From contig JAQBYT010000004.1 in assembly GCA_027622665.1 (NCBI GenBank), forward strand, positions 32,001 to 96,000: a DNA stretch of 64,000 bases, written 5' to 3'. The DNA is from Verrucomicrobiota bacterium (GTDB lineage: Bacteria > Verrucomicrobiota > Verrucomicrobiia > Opitutales > Seribacteraceae). Of this stretch, positions 59,370-64,000 are shown piece by piece. Positions within the stretch are counted from its first letter, which is position 1, and each line of letters starts with the position of its first letter. The notes under the pieces are model-generated. The model worked only from the letters and a program-made list of their open reading frames with translations, searched no databases and was not told the DNA's origin. The position numbers and the translations under genes were made by a program.

Positions 59370-60356
59370 TTAGGATTGTTTGTCCGAAAGGCGTACGGCA
59401 AGTTTGACTGCCTCGAACAAACTGTTCGGGTTGGCAATGCCTTTTCCTGCGATATCCAAGGCAGTGCCGTGGTCGACGGAGGTGCGGATGATAGGGAGTC
59501 CGAGCGTGATGTTGACGGCATTGTCAAAAGCCAAAGCTTTCAATGGGATGTGACCTTGATCATGGTACATGCAGACCACGCAGTCGAATTCCTTGCGTCG
59601 TTGAGGAAGGAATGCAGTATCCGGTGGAAGGGGACCGGTAATGTCGATACCACTTGCGCGTGCTATATCCAATGCGGGGCTTATAATTACTTCTTCCTCG
59701 CGGTTGCCGAAAAGACCGTTCTCGCCGGCGTGTGGGTTGAGACCGCAACAAAGGAGTCGGGGTTTCTTGCCGCGAATACGTTGCATGGCCTCCTCGCAAA
59801 GTTCAATGACCTCGAGGATACGCTTTTCCGTAAGCAGTGCGGGAACTTCTGCGTAACCAACGTGCGTGGTCACGAAAACGCAACGAATCTCTTCGGAGTA
59901 CTGTAGCATGCAGGTTCGTTCGCTATCGGTGCGGTCGGCAAAGATTTCCGTGTGACCCGGGTAGGAGACACCAGCCATCTTGAGGGCTTCCTTGTTTAGG
60001 GGGCCGGTCGTGACCGCATTCACCTCACCGGCAAGCGCGCTGTCGATTGCCTCGGTAACGTATCGGTAACCTGCCCGACCCGTAGCGGCGTTAATGATTC
60101 CCGTCTCATATTCATCAGCTGAGATGACCCCAAGGTCCAGCACGCAGGGACCCTCGGCATCGTCGAGACTCTTGACTATACGGGCCGGTGGTTGAAGTCC
60201 GCATTCGTTTGCGGCCTTCTCCAGAACACAGGCATCTCCAAATACAATGGGTTCAAAAATGCCTCTGGTTGCAGGGTTGTTGAGGAGCTGGAGGCAAACC
60301 TCCGGACCGATCCCTGCTGGATCACCGGTAGTCACCGCTATGCGGGGTAGGGGCAT
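59370..60356 (-). CDS. pdxA: 4-hydroxythreonine-4-phosphate dehydrogenase (PdxA family)
   Basis: GDPAGIGPE, GHTE, GLNPHAGE, MYHDQGHIPLK, RTSVDHGTA. Confidence 0.92.
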   Translation of the reverse strand: MPLPRIAVTTGDPAGIGPEVCLQLLNNPATRGIFEPIVFGDACVLEKAANECGLQPPARIVKSLDDAEGPCVLDLGVISADEYETGIINAATGRAGYRYVTEAIDSALAGEVNAVTTGPLNKEALKMAGVSYPGHTEIFADRTDSERTCMLQYSEEIRCVFVTTHVGYAEVPALLTEKRILEVIELCEEAMQRIRGKKPRLLCCGLNPHAGENGLFGNREEEVIISPALDIARASGIDITGPLPPDTAFLPQRRKEFDCVVCMYHDQGHIPLKALAFDNAVNITLGLPIIRTSVDHGTALDIAGKGIANPNSLFEAVKLAVRLSDKQS

Positions 60357-60360
60357 TTGT

Positions 60361-61473
60361 TTAAAGCAGAGTTTTGATGGCACCGAGAAACCGATCCACG
60401 TTTTCTTCCGATGAACTGTGCCCCATTAGACCGACTCTCCAGACTTTGCCTTGAAGTGGGCCGAGCCCAGGTCCGATTTCGATTCCATGATCGTTCAGTA
60501 GCGCGGTCCTCACGCCAGCTTCGTCCGTGCCATTGGGTACGCCCACTGCGTTCAGTTGCCAGAGTCGGTGGTCTTCCTGTGCGGTTAGGTACAAGCCCAT
60601 GTCGTTAAGACCTGCCTTCAAGCGGTTGTGGTTACTTTCGTGTCGTGCCCAGCGATTTTCAAGCCCTTCCTCCAATGTCAGACGAAGGGACTCGTGCAGT
60701 GCGTAGTTCATGGAAATCGGTGCGGTATGATGGTATACGCGGGCCCCGTCACCCCAGTAGTTTGCGAGCAGGTTGACGTCGAGGTACCAACTCCGGACTC
60801 CATTATTTCGGGCCTTTACGGCATCCATGGCCCGTTTACTCAACGAAACGGGCGCTAGACCCGGCGGGCAACTCAGGCACTTCTGTGTTCCACTGTATAC
60901 CGCGTCCACTTCCCAGTCGTCGATGCGGACGGGACACCCGCCTAGGGAGGTTACGGCATCCAATATAAAAAGGGCTCCGGCGTCATGGGTCAGTTTGGCA
61001 ATTTCCTCGACGGGAGTGAGGGCACCGGTAGATGTCTCGGCGTGCACGATGGCAACGAGTTTAGGATTACTAACCTTGTCCAGCGCCTCGGCGACCTGTG
61101 CAGGTTCGATGATTCGGCCCCAATCCGCCGAAATCTTGGTCACATTGGCCCCGCAACGTTCGGCTACATCGGCCATTCGTCCTCCGAATACTCCATTGAC
61201 GCCAATGATAACCTCGTCACCCGGTTCGATCAGGTTGACAAAGCAAAACTCCATTCCCGCACTACCCGTCCCGCTGATCGGAAACGTCATTTCGTTTTCA
61301 GTCAGGAAGACCTTTCGAAGCATCCCCTTGATTTCTTCCATCATTTGGACGAAGGAGGGGTCGAGGTGACCGACAAGAGTTTGACTCATCGCACTCAATA
61401 CAGAGGGCGGTGCATCGCTTGGTCCTGGTCCCATGAGCAGGCGTGCGGGTGGCGTAAAAGGTGGTAAAGACAT
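60361..61473 (-). CDS. Alanine-glyoxylate/serine-pyruvate aminotransferase (class V PLP)
   Basis: LLMGPGPS, VHAETSTG, DAVTSLGG, SGTQKCLSCPPG, YHHTAP. Confidence 0.92.
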   Translation of the reverse strand: MSLPPFTPPARLLMGPGPSDAPPSVLSAMSQTLVGHLDPSFVQMMEEIKGMLRKVFLTENEMTFPISGTGSAGMEFCFVNLIEPGDEVIIGVNGVFGGRMADVAERCGANVTKISADWGRIIEPAQVAEALDKVSNPKLVAIVHAETSTGALTPVEEIAKLTHDAGALFILDAVTSLGGCPVRIDDWEVDAVYSGTQKCLSCPPGLAPVSLSKRAMDAVKARNNGVRSWYLDVNLLANYWGDGARVYHHTAPISMNYALHESLRLTLEEGLENRWARHESNHNRLKAGLNDMGLYLTAQEDHRLWQLNAVGVPNGTDEAGVRTALLNDHGIEIGPGLGPLQGKVWRVGLMGHSSSEENVDRFLGAIKTLL

Positions 61474-61502
61474 GATTACTTTAAAAAGGGCAAAGATGCG
61501 TC

Positions 61503-62930
61503 TTAGGCGAGAATATCGTGAATTACATGGCCGAAATCCTGTTCCAGACGCTTGTGCCGTGGAATTTCCATGCGGTGCGATTCAAGACCAAGTTGGTGTA
61601 GGATCGTGGCATGAATATCAGTCACGTAGTGGGGATTTTCAACGGTGTGAAAGCCTATTTCGTCCGTGGCGCCATGGGCGCTCCCCCCCTTTATGCCGCC
61701 GCCGGCCATCCAAACGCTGAATCCGTAGGGATGGTGGTCACGCCCGTTGGAACCTTGGGAGCCGGGAGTCCGCCCGAACTCCGTAGCAAAGACAACCAGA
61801 GTCTCGTCGAGCAGTCCCCTTTGCTTCAGATCCTTCAGTAGACCTGCGATGGGTCGGTCGACCTGCATGGCTAGTTTCGAGTGATTGGCCTTGAGACCAC
61901 CGTGGGCATCCCAAGCGCCTGCCGCGCCATCGCCGTGCATGATCTGGATAAAGCGCACACCTCGCTCTGCGAAGCGTCGTGCAGCTAGTAACTGCTGCCC
62001 GAAGGGCCGGGTTTCCTTTTGGTCGAAACCGTAGAGGTTCTTCGTGACCTCGGTTTCCGATTCGAAGTTAACTACGTCGGGAACCGAGGTCTGCATCCGG
62101 AAGGCGAGTTCGTACGACTTGATTCTAGCCTCGAGAGCCGCGTCGCCGGGATACTTGCCTGCGGTGATTCGATTTAATCGGTTCACCAGACCGAAGCCGA
62201 GTCGTTGCTCTTCCATGGGGAATTCGCCCTCAGGTTTGGCGAAGTCGAGGGGATTCTTCGGGTCGATCTTTAATTTCACCTCGTCATAGGCAGGGCCTAG
62301 GTAATGGCCGTCACTTCGGTCAAAGTAGCGTGGTCCCATGCCTATGAATTGCGGAAGGTTCTCATTGAGCGTACCGAGACCGTAATTGATCCATGCGCCG
62401 ATTGTGGGTACGCGCGGGTCCAACATATGTCTGCCGGAATGAAACTGCACTTGGGCTCCGTGATTGTCATCTGTGGTCCACATTGAGCGAATAACCGAGA
62501 TGTCATCAATGCATGAACCGACGTGCGGGAACCAGTCGCTTACCTCAATCCCGCTTTGGCCATATTTCTTGAATCCGATCTGAAGCGGAAAAAGCTTATT
62601 CCGTTGCTGACCGTTGGCATCGTTCACAACAACAACGCGGACCTTCTTGAGCTTTTCGGGATTTTGGACATGACTGAAGGGGGTCTCTGCAATTGATTTC
62701 CCCGCGTATTTATTGAGTGCGGGTTTGTGGTCGAAGCTCTCCATGTGACTGACGCCACCTCGCATAAAAAGCCAGATTACGCTTTTGGCTTTTGGAGCAA
62801 AATGCGGGTTGCCGTCGATAGCTCCCATGCCTTGTGCGCCGAATCCGTCCGAACGGAGGATGGACCCAAGGGCGAGGGAACCAAAGCCTAGGCCGGCTTT
62901 TTCAAGAAAGTGACGGCGTTGAAGGAGCAT
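61503..62930 (-). CDS. DUF1501-family protein (Tat)
   Basis: [44 protein letters not shown]. Confidence 0.92.
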   Translation of the reverse strand: MLLQRRHFLEKAGLGFGSLALGSILRSDGFGAQGMGAIDGNPHFAPKAKSVIWLFMRGGVSHMESFDHKPALNKYAGKSIAETPFSHVQNPEKLKKVRVVVVNDANGQQRNKLFPLQIGFKKYGQSGIEVSDWFPHVGSCIDDISVIRSMWTTDDNHGAQVQFHSGRHMLDPRVPTIGAWINYGLGTLNENLPQFIGMGPRYFDRSDGHYLGPAYDEVKLKIDPKNPLDFAKPEGEFPMEEQRLGFGLVNRLNRITAGKYPGDAALEARIKSYELAFRMQTSVPDVVNFESETEVTKNLYGFDQKETRPFGQQLLAARRFAERGVRFIQIMHGDGAAGAWDAHGGLKANHSKLAMQVDRPIAGLLKDLKQRGLLDETLVVFATEFGRTPGSQGSNGRDHHPYGFSVWMAGGGIKGGSAHGATDEIGFHTVENPHYVTDIHATILHQLGLESHRMEIPRHKRLEQDFGHVIHDILA

Positions 62931-62934
62931 GAAG

Positions 62935-64000
62935 TCAGCGAATGGAGATGAAGTCGTTGTGGTTCAGTAGCGCGTGTACCAACCGAGCGTGGATTCTTGT
63001 AGCCGATGGTGCTCCCTTTCCCTTGGAAAGCAACTGGGATATTTCCTCAATAAACATTGTGCATGCCTTTCTTTCCAGTTCGTCAGGATCGCGGCCAAGC
63101 AAGGTTTGAAAGGCTTTTTCGACAAAGGCATCTTGGTCGTTTTTAGGACTTGCTTGGGATAACTGCGCAGCAATTGCAGAGGCTATCTCAATGGCCAGTT
63201 TGCTGTTGGACATGGCTAGCGCCTGTTGAGGCACTACACTCTCGCTTCGACGATAGCACTGCAGGTGATCGGCATCGTTGAACATCTTGAGAAACTTGTC
63301 CTGTTGGTCTCGCGAATGTTGGAAGTAGAGGCTCCGGCGGTTGCCGGAACCCGGGGGGATGGAGGGGCCTCCCATTGCGGTGTCGAGCTTTCCTGCTAGT
63401 TGGAGCAAGCTGTCTCGCACGAGCTGTGCCTCCATCCGTCGCGTGTTCATTCGCCAGTAGAAATTGTTCGAGAGATCTTTGGCGAGGGTAGCGGGAGGAG
63501 TTCCCTTGGTTGATGTGTCGAGACGATAAGCCTTTGAGCTGACCATAAGCCGGTGCAGGTGTCGAAAGCTCCAGTTCGCGTCCATGAATTCAGCCGCAAG
63601 GTGATCAAGCAGAACCGCCTGCAGTGGTTTCTTTGCCCGCAAGCCGAAATCAAAGACGGATTCAACTAAAGGTTGACCGAAATGTCTCATCCATACCTGA
63701 TTTACTGCAACCCGTGCGGTGAGAGGGTTCTCGCGAGAAGTTATCCACTTGGCCAACGCGAGTCTACGACCGGTGCTGGTTTTTGGGTAGACCACTGGGT
63801 AATCAGCTTCCTTGTGGGCGGGAGATTCCAGTGCCTTTTTCGAGGATCGGGTGGAGGAGTACTGCGCCTTACCCTCTTGGGCAGCCTTGATTTTTTCCTC
63901 AGCAGCCTTCATCTTTTTCTTGGCGGCGTTCACTTTTCCCTCATCTCCCGGAGTGGCGAGAAGGTCATGATTGGCCTTGGCAATTGCAAGTTCGGCTTCT
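62935..64000 (-). CDS. DUF1553 (PSD1/PSCyt2-type) protein, partial at the window end
   Basis: [10 protein letters not shown]...[32 protein letters not shown]; adjacent to DUF1501. Confidence 0.88.
   Translation of the reverse strand, partial: EAELAIAKANHDLLATPGDEGKVNAAKKKMKAAEEKIKAAQEGKAQYSSTRSSKKALESPAHKEADYPVVYPKTSTGRRLALAKWITSRENPLTARVAVNQVWMRHFGQPLVESVFDFGLRAKKPLQAVLLDHLAAEFMDANWSFRHLHRLMVSSKAYRLDTSTKGTPPATLAKDLSNNFYWRMNTRRMEAQLVRDSLLQLAGKLDTAMGGPSIPPGSGNRRSLYFQHSRDQQDKFLKMFNDADHLQCYRRSESVVPQQALAMSNSKLAIEIASAIAAQLSQASPKNDQDAFVEKAFQTLLGRDPDELERKACTMFIEEISQLLSKGKGAPSATRIHARLVHALLNHNDFISIR

Overview
A gene-dense bacterial window with a PVC-superphylum signature: DUF1501, DUF1553, DUF1552 and DUF1592 proteins, Cys-type sulfatases, a Rhodopirellula/Verrucomicrobium-type ECF sigma with a FecR-like anti-sigma, and a PVC-type dehydrogenase. 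It is most plausibly a marine Verrucomicrobiota (Opitutales-like) genome; this is inference. I saw no tRNA, rRNA, CRISPR array, integrase or transposase. Recognisable genes include katG, higBA, sufE, pdxA, a class-V aminotransferase, an MIP channel and a TolC/MFP/ABC exporter. The most unusual observations are: (1) a giant flagellin of about 1,600 codons (25227-30026, one internal TAG) whose variable region holds a PQQ-like beta-propeller, a LamG domain and an apparently nested 9+9 repeat stalk; (2) an ~18 kb ECF-sigma-led operon of exported haem/copper proteins and a double sulfatase, in which an unrecognised ~67-aa helical module occurs three times on unrelated proteins; (3) a spaced motif GTAAC(C/T)CAT..-N10-CTGT(A/T)TA found four times (before the flagellin, twice before the ECF sigma, before tolC), suggesting an ECF regulon and promoter capture by the flagellin; (4) a LysM-like domain inserted in the efflux adaptor; (5) a higBA cassette flanked by a 33-bp synonymous-variant repeat of the neighbouring gene's 3' end. 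Several pseudogenes and abrupt gene junctions may reflect real decay or assembly artefacts. All family calls come from reading motifs by eye, not from database searches.
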